From: Eledone cirrhosa
Taxonomy: Eukaryota
Length of the DNA stretch: 64,000 nt
Assembly: GCA_964016885.1 (NCBI GenBank)
Contig: OZ024748.1
Coordinates: 47,306,001-47,370,000 of the forward strand
Direction of reading: 5' to 3'
Under the pieces are notes generated by a model. The model was not told the DNA's origin. It searched no databases and worked only from the letters and a program-made list of their open reading frames with translations. This document shows positions 49,121 to 64,000 of this stretch, one piece after another. Position 1 is the first letter of the stretch. Each line of letters starts with the position of its first letter. Both the position numbers and the translations under genes were made by a program.

Positions 49121-49521
49121 TAAAATATTAAAAAAATAATGAATAAAACAATGAAACAGTTCCTTATATTAAACAAAAAAAGTTCATTATTTAACGATCG
49201 TTTCTAGGATATATATGTGTTAGAATTGGCATGCATATTCAACAGATCTATGTACAAAATTATACAAAATTATACAAACTATCAAAATTAAATATACATA
49301 CCAAACACATTATTTCTGAAGACGGCATATATATGTGTTTGGTATGTATATTTAATTTTGATAGTTTGTATAATTTTGTATAATTTTGTACATAGATCTG
49401 TTGAATATGCATGCCAATTCTAACACATATATATCCTAGAAACGATCGTTAAATAATGAACTTTTTTTGTTTAATATAAGGAACTGTTTCATTGTTTTAT
49501 TCATTATTTTTTTAATATTTT
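49121..49521 (+). mobile_element. About 190-bp-arm palindrome containing a hammerhead with 116-nt stem II (49308-49458)
   Basis: cattattt-CTGAAGA(49316)...GAAA(49439)-cgatcg-TT|aaataatg; stem II includes atatatatgtgtt/aacacatatatat. Confidence 0.85.
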
Positions 49522-49539
49522 ATATATATATATATATAT

Positions 49540-49650
49540 TAAAATAAGAGATTAAAGCTTAAGCAAAGAATCGCTGTTTTCACCCTTAACGGGATCTTCT
49601 GAAACTAAAAAAATCAATCTGTGAACGCAGAATTAAATATTTCGAGAAAC
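49540..49650 (-). mobile_element. Family C hammerhead fragment (also 60755-60820 minus; fold-back copy 60858-61066)
   Basis: gttt-CAGAAGA-tccc-gttaa-gggt-GAAA..tgc-TT|aa; the CAGAAGA core is present in three copies. Confidence 0.75.
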
Positions 49651-49667
49651 GTTACACACACTATATA

Positions 49668-49729
<62 letters not shown>

Positions 49730-49973
49730 CTATATATATATACACACTATATAAATACATATATACACACACACTGATAGCGAAGTCAATGTCGTAATGC
49801 AGACAGCCAGACATACAGACAGATATTATAATGCCGCAACGTTATATATATATGTATCATTCTAAAAAGAAAGACTAAGAATTATAGAAAGAGATTGCTA
49901 AATCGCCTAATGAAGGAATTCCGTCGGAAAGGTCCAGGAATAAAGAGTGATCTATGTAGGTTACAGAGCTTAA

Positions 49974-50164
49974 TAGTTATGTAATAAACAACATAAGGTA
50001 ATTATTTCATTTACCAGTGGTTTCTTGAAAGCAAACAAAATTTGCTTTCAATCATCAGAATGAAAAAAATCCTGGTTTTTTCATTCTGATGATTGAAAGC
50101 AAATTTTGTTTGCTTTCAAGAAACCACTGGTAAATGAAATAATTACCTTATGTTGTTTATTACA

Positions 50165-50170
<6 letters not shown>
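49974..50170. mobile_element. Perfect palindrome with canonical hammerheads on both strands
   Basis: tttcatt-CTGATGA(50086)-ttgaaagcaaa-ttttg-tttgctttcaa-GAAA-ccactgg-TA|aatgaaa. Confidence 0.9.
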
Positions 50171-50220
<50 letters not shown>

Positions 50221-50225
<5 letters not shown>

Positions 50226-50520
50226 ACATAATAAACAACACAATGTAATTATTCCATTACCAAAGGTTTCAGGAAACTAGACGTCCTTTACATAAACGTC
50301 TAACTCGTTCGTCAGATGAAATAGTTGTCTATTAGATGAAATTGTTAACTAATAGATAACTATTTCACCTGATGAACCAGCTGGACATTTCTGTAAGAAA
50401 CGTCTAGTTTCCTGAAACCTTTGGTAATGGAATAAATAAAATTAAGTTGTTTATTATATAATTAAAATACCTCTGTACTATACATAGAACACTCTGCTTT
50501 CCTTTATCTTTTCTACAAAA
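50221..50520 (+). mobile_element. Older fold-back element, hammerhead at 50361-50434
   Basis: tatttcac-CTGATGA-..ctggacatttct/agaaacgtctag..-GAAA-cctttgg-TA|atggaata; diverged mirror arm at 50221-50335. Confidence 0.75.
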
Positions 50521-50590
50521 ATGCTTAACACACACTCACACACACACATATATATATATATATGTATATATATATAGAGAGAGAGAGAGT

Positions 50591-50856
50591 GGAGGCACGT
50601 GGCCTAGTGGACTTACGATCATAATATTGTGGGTTCGATTCCTGGGTTGCTTGTTCTGTTCTTGAGCAAAACACTTCATTTCACATTGCTCCAGTATACT
50701 CAGCTGAAAATGAGTGCCAGCAATAGCTGGAGGTTTAACCCTGCGATGGACTGGCGTCCTCTCCAGGGGGGAGTCTTGTACTCTCAGTCGCTTCACGCCA
50801 TGAAACCGGGATAAGCACCCGCCAAATGAGCCTTCTGGCTTAAGACAGACTTTAGA

Positions 50857-50860
<4 letters not shown>
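50591..50860 (+). mobile_element. Full-length tRNA-derived SINE of a second family (fragments at 9635-9757, 12345-12468)
   Basis: A box tggcctagtgg, B box ggttcgattcc, then cttgagcaaaacacttcatttcac..gcgatggactggcgtcc..ccagggg. Confidence 0.8.
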
Positions 50861-50893
<33 letters not shown>

Positions 50894-51086
50894 GTGAGGT
50901 TTTTTTTACAAAATGAAAAATAACCGAGGTGTCCTACACGAGTGAAAGTATAAAGAAAAAGAGATGAAATCGAAAATGCAACTGGAGTCTTATTTTTTTT
51001 TTAAATATATATATTTATCTGATTCCTTTACCGGTTTCGCAGTTCTTCTGCTTTTCAAAAGGTGAGTTGAGATGGAGGGTCTGTGG

Positions 51087-51974
<888 letters not shown>

Positions 51975-52613
51975 CGAAGGAAAAATGGTAAGGAACCAGG
52001 TGGACCATAACGCACCAAAGTACTCAATACTTAGGGTAGTAGAGTGGGTAATAGGAACGAGTAGGACCCCGACGGCTGAGCTCAAGCCGTTTCGACGGCT
52101 AATTCTGGACTCAATTAGCGTTCAGAATTAGCCGTCGAAACGGCTTGAGCTCAGCCGTCGGGGTCCTACTCGTTCCTATATATATATATATATATGATGT
52201 ATGTACTCAAATATTTTAGGAGACACTGGTAATTCATCACAGAATCTCTCAATAGTTAGATAAAGACAGCAGCGACAGCAGCGATAGCAGCATCGATAAC
52301 AGCAGCAGCACCAACAGCAGCAGTACTAAATTAAACTGCAGTCAAAGACAGACAAATTTCTGAAAGATAAATCCACAGACTATTCCAAATATTCCCAAAA
52401 TACCCAACACATATATATATATATATATGTGTGTGTGTGGGGGGGGCGTTATGTGTGTGTGGGGGGTGGGGGTTATGTGTGTGTGTGTGTGTATGTACGT
52501 ATGTATCTATGCATATACATATATAAACGTGTGTGTGTGTACATACGTATGTATGTATCTATAGATATAGAGAAAGATATATGTGGTGGTGGAGTGATAT
52601 ATACACAATGACA

Positions 52614-52688
<75 letters not shown>

Positions 52689-52836
52689 ATGCAAGTATGT
52701 ATGTATACGTACATACATATATGTATACAGACGTACAGTAGCATGTATATATATGCAGACATGCAGACATACATACTTGCATTTAAGTAAGTGCCGTACT
52801 AAGAGTGAGAAATGAAATTTCGTTTCATTCTATTCC

Positions 52837-52915
<79 letters not shown>

Positions 52916-53105
52916 AACAAGTAAGACCCCGACGGCTGAGCTCAAGCCGTTTCGACGGCTAATTGTGGAGTCCAGAATTAGCCGTCGAAACGGCTTGAGC
53001 TTAGCCGTCGGGGTCTTACTGGTTCCTATTACCCACTCTACTACCCTAAGTATTGAGTACTTTGGTGCGTTATGGTCCACCTGGTTCCTTACCACTTTTC
53101 CTTCG

Positions 53106-53161
<56 letters not shown>

Positions 53162-53219
53162 AGAGTCAGGACCCCGACGGCTGAGCTCCGACCATTTAGA
53201 CATCCATATAAAAGAGAAA

Positions 53220-53317
<98 letters not shown>

Positions 53318-53703
53318 GGAAAATTTGAACAGGAACAGAACAGAGAAGCAGTACAACGAATGTTTATTAATTTCACGCTCTCGAATAGAGATAGAGAGAG
53401 ATAGAGAGAGAGACAGAGAGAGATAGGGGGGGGGGGAGACAGATGTATGTATATTATATATATTTTTTTTTTATTTATACAGAGAGAAAAAGAGAGAGCC
53501 ACAAACATGATAAGTATTGATAAGTAATTAAAGAAGTGGATAGGAACTGTATTATATAATTGATACTATATTTAGTGTATATTTAGAGAATGGTAACTTG
53601 TAGTGCCATTAATAACGATTGGGTCTCTATAGAATCTCTTGGAATGAATTCAAAGTTGTAGAGAACTAATAAAGACAGCCAACAGACCAAATAGTCGAGA
53701 TCT

Positions 53704-53719
<16 letters not shown>

Positions 53720-53752
<33 letters not shown>

Positions 53753-53827
53753 GTGTGTACAGATACGTGGGTGTATTTATATATATATATACATATTTAT
53801 ATATATATATACATATGCGTGGGTGTG

Positions 53828-53889
<62 letters not shown>

Positions 53890-53961
53890 TGTACAGATAC
53901 GTGGGTGTATTTATATATATATATACATATTTATATATATATATACATATGCGTGGGTGTG

Positions 53962-54030
<69 letters not shown>

Positions 54031-54107
54031 GTGTGTACAGATACGTGGGTGTATTTATATATATATATATGTACATATTTATATATATATACATATGCGT
54101 GGGTGTG

Positions 54108-54138
<31 letters not shown>

Positions 54139-54144
54139 ATGTGG

Positions 54145-54178
<34 letters not shown>

Positions 54179-54228
54179 GTGTGCGGTGTATATATATATA
54201 TATGTGTGTGTGTGTGTATGTGGATATA

Positions 54229-54278
<50 letters not shown>

Positions 54279-54283
54279 CGGTG

Positions 54284-54343
<60 letters not shown>

Positions 54344-54367
54344 GATATATATATATATGTGTGTGGG

Positions 54368-54404
<37 letters not shown>

Positions 54405-54887
54405 CCTGTGTGTATGTATACATAGCTGTGGGTATATATGTATATATATATATTTATTGTATGTGTGTGCGTGCGTATGTGTATGTGTGTGTGTGCGAAA
54501 GAGAGAGAGAGAGAGAGAGAGAGAGTCTGTTTGTCTGAATATGTGTTTATGAAGTAACTAAGCAAGTGTATGCTTGTGGGAGTGGGAGTATGAATGAAAT
54601 GGATCCATAATTAGAGACCTCCTGGATGTTACGATGTTTTTGTAAGCCTACAATTTTGGTCTCACTTTTATAAGCAAGACATTAGTTCCACCAAACGTCT
54701 CTATCTCTCCGTGGCAAGGAAATTATGGCTGATATCAATGGTTTATAATCCAAATTATGGCTGATATCAATGAGAAATAATCAACAAGTTCGCAGACCCT
54801 CGTTTGCTTCCTTAGTGTGGTGGAAGTCTTCAAATCGGACCAAGGAATCAATGTTTCCATTTGTCATTCTATTGCAGATACTACTAC

Positions 54888-54931
<44 letters not shown>

Positions 54932-54959
54932 ACAGCAACAGTAGTTCTAATAGTAGAAT

Positions 54960-55016
<57 letters not shown>

Positions 55017-55040
55017 CAACAGTAGTTCTAATAGTAGAAT

Positions 55041-55096
<56 letters not shown>

Positions 55097-55138
55097 ATTT
55101 CCGTTGGTTTTCTCCCTAACTGTTTCTCTTCATATCCG

Positions 55139-55180
<42 letters not shown>

Positions 55181-55653
55181 TCTCTCTTTCTCTCTCACCT
55201 GACACTCCGTCTTGCAGAATTATTCACGCGGACATATCTCTCTCTACACACACAAACACACTTGCCCCACCCCCCTACACACACTTGCCCACACAAACAC
55301 TAGACAAATAAACATACACCTATCCACACACAATCACTTGTCTACACAAACACACACACAGTCAAAAACTCGGACTCACACACACGCACTATTGCATAGT
55401 TTCACATACACTTATAAACACACGCACACACACATACACACATATACACACACGCTCTTAGACACAAACAGACAAACACCAAAATTAATTGACTTACAAA
55501 CACACAGGCACACAAAAAAGGCACACACACACACACACACATAGACATACACACACACACACACAGGCACACACACGCATAGACATACACACACACAAAC
55601 ACGCATAGACATACACACACAGACATATACAAACATACACAGAGACACACATG

Positions 55654-55684
<31 letters not shown>

Positions 55685-56755
55685 AAACACACACACATGT
55701 ACACACACGCATAAACACACACAAACATATACATAGCCATACACAAACACAGACAGACATACACACACACACAGACAGACAGACAGACAGACATACACAT
55801 ACACATACACATACACAAACACACACATATACACAGAGGCACAGAGACAGCCATACACACACACACATACACAGAGACATACACACACAAACACACACAT
55901 ATACACAGAGAAGCAGAGACAGTCACTCACACATACACAAAGACAGACATACACAAACACACACACATACACAGAGACAGACAAACACACACACACATAT
56001 ACACAGAGACACAGAGACAGACATACACACACACACACACACACACACATACACACACACACAAACATACACAAACACACACACACCGAGACAAAGAGAC
56101 AGACATACACACACACACATAGACAGACATACACAAACACACACACATAGACAGACACCAATACACACACACATAGACAGCCATACACAAACACATACAC
56201 AAACACACACACATACACAAACACACACACATACACAACCACACACACAGAGACAGATAGACAGACATACACACACACATAGACAGACATACACACACAC
56301 ATAGACAGACATACACAGACATACACAAACACACACACATACACAAACACACACACACACACAAACACACACAGAGAGACACATAGACAGACATACACAC
56401 ACACATAGACAGACATACACACACACATAGACAGACATACACACACACATAGACAGACATACACAAACACACATAGACATACATACACACACACACACAT
56501 AGACAGACATACACACACATACACAAACACACACACACACACAAACACACACAGAGAGACACATAGACAGACATACACACACACACACAGAGACACATAG
56601 ACAGACATACACACACACATAGACAGACATACACAAACACACATACACAAACACACACACTTACACAAACACACACAAAGAGACACATAGACAGACATAC
56701 ACACACACATAGACAGACATACACTAACACACACACACACACACTACACAGAGAC
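53720..56755. repeat. Compound TA/TG/TAG/CA microsatellite fields with higher-order duplication
   Basis: gtgtacagatacgtgggtgtattt occurs three times at about 140-bp spacing; catagacagacatacac repeats. Confidence 0.9.
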
Positions 56756-56920
56756 ACACTGATTTAATTCAGTAATCCACTTGTTTAGATTATTGGTATT
56801 TTTATTTGAAGTTTTTGACATCAAAGGCGGCAGACCAGCGGTCCGATCGCTGCCTGCCATGACCAACACACAAACGAACAACCATGGGAGCTATTTTTTA
56901 AAACACTTTACTACCACCTG

Positions 56921-56970
<50 letters not shown>

Positions 56971-57170
56971 ATGCTACTACCACTACTACTACTTCTACTA
57001 CCACTACTACCACTACTACGACCACCACTGCTACTACTACTACTAGCACCACCACCACTACTACTACTACTAACACCACCTCCACCACCAACTCCACCAC
57101 CACTACTACTACTACTACCACTACCACTACTACTACTACTACTACTAACACCACTACCACCACCACCACC

Positions 57171-57214
<44 letters not shown>

Positions 57215-57240
57215 CACTGCTACTACTACTACTACTACTA

Positions 57241-57298
<58 letters not shown>

Positions 57299-57309
57299 CA
57301 CTGCTACTG

Positions 57310-57375
<66 letters not shown>

Positions 57376-57470
57376 TTAGACAGGTATGACGGCGCCGACA
57401 ACGACGACGACGTCTGTTGTTGTTGATGATGTTGCTGTTACTCGCAGCTTTTAAAGATATAATATTATGT

Positions 57471-58710
57471 TGGCAGTATCGGTGGAGGGTCGGACGCCAT
57501 GCTTTGCAGCATAGAGTTACGGCCCTTTATGGTCTGAGTTCAAATCCCGCCGAGGTTAACTTTGCCTTTCATCCTTACAGGGTCAATAAAATAAAGTACC
57601 AGTAATACACTGGGATAATTGCTGGCCTTGTGCCAAAAGTAGAAACAGTTATTATTGTGTTCAAATCCTGCCGAGGTTTACTTTGCCTTTCATCCTTACG
57701 GGGTCGATAAAATAAAGTACCAGTAAGTACCTGGGGTCAATTTAATCGACTTTCCCCTACCCCTCAAATTACAGGCCTTGTGCAAAATGTAGAAACTATT
57801 ATTAAGATGCTTTGGGTTCAAATCTCCCTGAGGTTAGCTGTGCCTTCCATCCTTACGGGGTTGACTACCAGTAACACACTGAGGTCGACTTAATACACTT
57901 TCCCTTCCCTCAAAATTGTCTAAATCAGAAACCTGGCAGTATCGGTAGAGGGTCCGACGCCATGCTTTGACGCATAGAGTTACGGCCCTTGCCATTCTGA
58001 GCTCAAATCCCGCCGAGGTTAACTTTGCGTTTCATCCTGACGGGATCGATAAAATAAAGTACCAGTAATGCACTGGGGATTTGCTGGCCTTGTGCCAAAA
58101 GTAGAAACAATTATTATTAAGATGCTTTTGAGGAGGGTGGATAGGTAGATTCGTTAGGGCACCCGACAAGATCTTACGGCCTTTAAACCTTCTGAGCTGA
58201 AATCTCGACGATTCAATTCTCCTTTTTATTCTTTCGTGTTCGATATAATAAATTAAGTCAAGTACTAAGGTCGATTTAACTGTCCTTTCTCTCTTACCTT
58301 AATGAATGGCTTCGTGCCAAAAGTAGAAAGCATTAATAGGGGCATAGAGTTACGACTGTTTACGTTCCATGTTCACATCCCACCGCGATTAGCTTTACCT
58401 TTTGCCATTAAGGGTTCGAGGAAATAAAGCACAGGTAAAGCACCGGGGTCGATTTAATTGAATTTACCTTCCCCTAAAATTGCTATCCTTGTGCCTAAAT
58501 CTGTAATCATTTTTATGGGGGGGGGGGGATTGGCAGTATCGGTAGAGGGTCGGACGCCGTGCTTTGACGCATACAGATACGGCCCTTGCCATTCTGAGTT
58601 CAAATCACGCCGAGGTTAACTTTGCCTTTCATCCTTACGGGGTCGATAAAATAAAGTACCAGTAATGTACTGGAGTAATTGCTGACCTTGTGCCAAAAGC
58701 AGAAACAATG
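57471..58710 (+). mobile_element. Head-to-tail array of about 7 tRNA-derived Meta-core SINEs
   Basis: A box tggcagtatcgg, B box gagttcaaatcc, core gcctttcatccttacggggtcgataaaataaagtaccag, tail gccttgtgccaaaagtagaaac; more copies at 22432-22518 and 26625-26730. Confidence 0.9.
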
Positions 58711-59343
58711 ATAAAGAGGTGTGATAATGGTGAGAGAGTGACGCGCCTAAATTGACCAACTCTGTTGTGTTCTTTCTACGCATGAAGAAAGCAACCGGTA
58801 GAAATAGAAGGCACTTCAATTCTCGTGAGATGACAGAGTTATCCGGAGTTTTGTCTTATCATCGTTCACCATCTACATTATGGTTGTTGTTAATATATTG
58901 TTATTTATAAATGTTATTTATAAATGTTATTCTTGACTTTGATATCCATTCTCATCCCTAGAGACCGTATTTCGTTCTATCTACCAACTTACTTCATACA
59001 CAAATATTGTATTTATGTTTTCATCTACTTATATATTCATTGATTTATTTAATCAATTTAAACCTCCGTATAGAGCTAGGAAGCCATGATAGTCTAGGGA
59101 AAGTATAGAGTACTTCTTTTAGTGGAGAAACAAACAAGATAGACAGAGATAGGTGAAAATAAATATGAAAATTTAAATTTAAATAAAAAGATTCGAAAGA
59201 CGGAAGGTCAACGAGAGACAAAATAATCAGAAAAAAAAACACAAGGAAAAATAGAAAGCTAAGGAAGCTGCGTTCCACATTTTTCTTTACCTAGAAGATT
59301 CTATTATTGAATATTTTTGTAATCTACACACACACATCATATA

Positions 59344-59551
59344 CAGAGGTTGGATCTGTCATTTTAATGAATTTTAATTACCTTTTTCTGATGATATGTG
59401 AAAAGAAACAGCAATTTTAACAAAACATATTAAGCAACACTAATAATAAATCAAAAGACATAAAAATAAACAAGCTTTTGACGGTTTTATAGATATTTCA
59501 AAATTATGATGCTATGATGCTAGGTGTTTCCATTATTTTGTCCAACACCTG
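59344..59551. mobile_element. Decayed Tc1-like MITE
   Basis: ta-cagaggttgga ... tccaacacctg-ta; only about 11 bp of TIR match remains. Confidence 0.4.
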
Positions 59552-59847
59552 TATATATATATATATATATATATAAGTCCAAAGAATCATTAGATGAAAT
59601 ATATACAGTATTTCCTCTCCCAATCAGCATAAATTAACCACATAAAAAATCATTTAAACGAGGCTATAAGTTTAAAACGTACTTATGAAGAAATAATAGA
59701 CAAATGATACAGATTCTTTTCCGCGATGTACAACCATATGACACTTATCTAATTATTTGCTCTAGCCACATCGAGCCACACCGTGAATGGTTGCCAAACT
59801 CATATATGTATCTGTGATTATATCTAATTATATATATATACCCTTTG

Positions 59848-59916
<69 letters not shown>

Positions 59917-60058
59917 ATAAATTAACGGAGCCATAGACTCTCGCTATTCCCTGTCAATAATGTGCTCAAAGGAGAAGGAATCCTGAGCTCTTTAAAATAC
60001 AATATGTTGAAAAGGTAACACACTAGAGAGAGATAGTGGGCCATCAATAAAACAGGGA

Positions 60059-60562
60059 AAAACCACCAGTGTATGGAATCTATAACCTATGAAAAGCAGA
60101 GTAGACACACGATAATTAAAGATATAAATTAAAGTGTAAATACAAACCTCTATAACTATATAACACACGTACAAATCCAAAGAGATCTGTTTCGCCAGTA
60201 AGTTGTTGACAGAAATGAAATAGCCCATGGTTCATCAGCGTGTGTAAGGCTATACATTTCAGACAACACTAAGAGAATTTAAAGCAACCGTCCAGCTACA
60301 CGTGGGAGAGAGAAGTCACGGCGTGTTTAGGGCAGTGAACCAGTGGCTTCTGAGGGAGGAGCTGCTAGAAAGGGCAGCCCAAAAACCACTCAGAGAAGTC
60401 AAACAGAGAGAGCGGAAAGACTGTTATAAGGAGGGAAATATGGATTTGTACGGGTGTTATATAGTTATAGAGGTATGTATTTACACTTTAATTTATATCT
60501 TTAATTATCGTGTGTCTACTCTGCCTTTCATAGGTTATCGATTCCATACACTGGTGGTTTTT
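60059..60562. repeat. About 120-bp inverted repeat with 260-bp spacer in a TA-bounded island
   Basis: 60059-60179 versus 60440-60562; minus-strand CTGATGA..GAAAcagatct at 60182-60238 lacks stem I. Confidence 0.75.
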
Positions 60563-60827
60563 CGCTCCTTAAAATATTGTATATATATATATATATAAAC
60601 AAATAGTAAAATGGAAAAAAAATTACAGTAGAAAATGCTGGAGGGATTTTTTCAGTATAATATCAAAATATTTATTTATAAAGTAGGGATTTCCGAATTT
60701 AATCGTGTACCGGTTTCAATTTTATTTTATTTTTTCATGCTATATATATATATATTAAAATAACAGATTAAAGTTTAAGTAAAGAATCACTGGTTTCACC
60801 CTTAACGGGATCTTCTGAATCTCTAAG

Positions 60828-60863
<36 letters not shown>

Positions 60864-61061
60864 TAACAGGTTGAAGTTTAAGCAAAGAATCACTCCTTTC
60901 ACCCTTAATTTCAGAAGATCCCGTTAAGGGAGAAAGCACCGATTCTTTGCTTAAACTTTAATCTGTTATTTTAATAAATATTTGCTCTACGGTTCTTATA
61001 TATTTGATATATATTTATCCTTATCGAGCCCTCTTTGGATTTTAGTCTTCACATTTGTTAT

Positions 61062-61121
<60 letters not shown>

Positions 61122-61450
61122 GTACCTTGATTAAATCTTAACCATTTAACATCTCATTATATTTTGCCTGATGAGGACGTACAGCCGAAATATGTATAAT
61201 AAAATGTAATTGATAAAAAGAACATCTATTTTATTAATATTTGTATTTTAATATTAATAACTCTGGAAAATAATTTAAATGTAGAGTGCTTCCAATCTAC
61301 TGTAAAACTCATTCTTTGATGTACTCATTGAATATTGTTTAACTCTTTAATATATAGGAGGAGGTTATCTTTTTGCATTTGCATTCTTTATTCTATGTCC
61401 ATACCTGCATTGTTTTGGCTTTATTATACATATACAAACGTTTATACCTC

Positions 61451-61498
<48 letters not shown>

Positions 61499-61504
61499 AT
61501 ATAA

Positions 61505-61602
<98 letters not shown>

Positions 61603-61905
61603 AGGTATGTGCGTGTGTCAGCATTGGAAGGTTGAAAGGTATAACATTGAGTACTTATAATGTTGATCAATTCTTTGAATAGATTAATGTCAAAAGCAAC
61701 CCTTGCTGGAAGTTTGAACTGATATGGGAGAGGGTTAAATCTAAACATACAAATGCATTTAGACCTAGTCACAAACATGTATAAAGCATTGCCAACTCTT
61801 GCACGGCGGCCATTATATAAATTGATATAAATGACATAACACTTCTGTACGTATACATATATATGTATATATATATATATGTGTGTGAGTGTGTGTGTGT
61901 CTACG

Positions 61906-61980
<75 letters not shown>

Positions 61981-62113
61981 ATATCTATATATATATATAA
62001 ATATATATATATGTATGCATAAATGTATATATATGTATATATATATATAAATGTATATATATGTATATATATATATATATATATGCATATATGTATATGT
62101 CTGTGTATATATG

Positions 62114-62229
<116 letters not shown>

Positions 62230-62561
62230 TGTGTATCACGTATATATATGTATGCATGTAAATATGTGTCTATAGGTATGCCAACAAACATAATATATTA
62301 TGCTGCCTATGTTGTATATGTTGACAATTCTATAAAGTGTATATACCGTATAACAATAAGCCAGGGCTGCAGTGTCTATAAATGAGAGACAAACTCCTGC
62401 ATCAACGTGAAATGTCTTACCAAGGATTGCCATTAGCTTCTTGAAAACTAAAGAAAACTGTAGAAATTTTAACAGAAATTTCCATTTCATTTTCTCATTC
62501 ACTACTTTAAAACTCTTAAATAAATGTATGTAGATAATATACAGTGTGTGAGCGTGTATTC

Positions 62562-62625
<64 letters not shown>

Positions 62626-62655
62626 GTGTGTGTGTGTGTGTGGGTGTGTGTGTGT

Positions 62656-62708
<53 letters not shown>

Positions 62709-62780
62709 GGTGTATTCATGTATATATATATAGAGAGAGAGAAATCACATGAATCAAAGTTCTGTTCAAACCATTTATTA

Positions 62781-62825
62781 GCTTACAATTGTTTCGTCCA
62801 AATCGAGGTTTGGAGTCTTCGGAGC
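62781..62825 (-). ncRNA. Type I hammerhead-like motif, CCGAAGA core
   Basis: gct-CCGAAGA-c-tccaaa-cctcga-tttgga-c-GAAA-caattg-TA|agc. Confidence 0.7.
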
Positions 62826-62974
62826 AATTTTTCAATGATTGTTTACATTGAGCTATTTATCTTACTGGTAATAAGGTAGTAATAAATTACTGTCTTTCAC
62901 TGTTTAGGGTTTAAAATATATATAACTATAAAAAGTTTTAGTATATACATAACCATAAATAGTATCCTTAATAC

Positions 62975-63012
<38 letters not shown>

Positions 63013-63026
63013 AGCGCGTATTCATC

Positions 63027-63081
<55 letters not shown>

Positions 63082-63136
63082 ATGGGTTGGTGGGGTTTAT
63101 ATATGTATTTATATTTGTATACATATATGTTTGTGT

Positions 63137-63169
<33 letters not shown>

Positions 63170-63183
63170 AGCGCGTATTCGTG

Positions 63184-63218
<35 letters not shown>

Positions 63219-63552
63219 ATGGGTTGGTGGGGTTTATATATGTATTTATATTTATATACATATATGTTTGTGTGTGCGTGTGTGTGGGGGGGAGGTTGGT
63301 GGGGGTGTATTATATGTATTTATATTTGTATACATATATGTTTGTGTGTGTGTCTGTATCTGGTGGGGGGGGTATATACATGTATCTGTATATATATATA
63401 TATGTTTCTGTGTGTGTGCGTGTGTTTGTGTGTGTGTTTGTGTGCGTGTGTGGGTTCGTGCAAATACACATACACGTGTCTATGTGCAATGAGAACAATA
63501 GAAAAGGAAAAAAAGATTAACAGACAGGTTTAATGATAGATACATAGATAGA

Positions 63553-64000
63553 TAAATTTCTTTATTAGCCACAAGGGCACAAAAGAAAGGGACAAATACA
63601 AATGGGGAGTTTACATACAGGTATATGAAAATAAAACTATTAATACAATAACAAATAACAATTGAAATCCCCAACAGGGAGGGAGCCGTTACACAGGGGT
63701 TGTACACACCCCGAAAAAATGTACAACCCTCATCTCCAGGAGCACCAAGAGTGAGTACTCCTCCCTCTCTTCCTCTTTTTCCTCAACGTACAGACTTATA
63801 TAGAGAGAAGGCCCAACCACTCGGGCCATCTTTGCTACATTCACCCACCTTTTATAAAATTTGCTGGGGTACAGCACCTCTCTCTCCATCCTGATTCTTC
63901 TTCCAAAATGATATTTGAAATAAAAAAAGAATCAGTTCCTCGCCGGAGAGAAAGGTGTCTGACCTCAGCCCTTTTAACCTCGTCCACCATATAACCTCTT
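63553..64000 (-). mobile_element. 3' end of a Tx1/L1-clade LINE ORF2 plus 3' UTR
   Basis: EVIWWTRLKG..FYFKYHFGRRIRMEREVL..FYKRWVNVA; aataaa signal, then a short (TATC)n tract. Confidence 0.65.

Larger units (their letters stand above)
48775..49835 (+). mobile_element. Possible Helitron/Helentron-type non-autonomous element interrupted by nested inserts
   Basis: Starts tactagcagaatggcccgacgttgctcggg (short hairpin) and ends with cagacagccagacatacagacaga..ttatata, resembling DINE/HINE termini. Confidence 0.4.

Overview
AT-rich, microsatellite-saturated eukaryotic DNA, most likely from an octopod cephalopod (inferred from the Meta-domain tRNA-SINE family, RTE/Tx1 LINEs and extreme (TA)n content). 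No host protein-coding exon could be supported, and nearly all listed ORFs are translations of simple repeats. The main signal is that most short non-simple islands between (TA)n arrays are 3' pieces of Penelope-like or retrozyme-like retroelements. I read about 30 type I hammerhead ribozyme motifs (CUGANGA...GAAA...NUH, usually with a palindromic stem III) from more than 10 unrelated families, plus two decayed GIY-YIG endonuclease remnants. These inserts are typically fold-back palindromes (two arms plus an unpaired 3' tail), twin-priming-type inversions, or are joined at their 5' end to inverted copies of neighbouring DNA. Breakpoints often fall in ribozyme helices. Several ribozymes have an unusual core (CAGANGA/CCGAAGA) or very long stem II (about 80-116 nt). 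Also present: RTE fragments (one with three C2H2-type fingers), an R4/Dong-like fragment inside (TACA)n, a Tx1-like 3' end, SINE clusters, MITEs and minisatellites. All structures were read by eye and none were computed.
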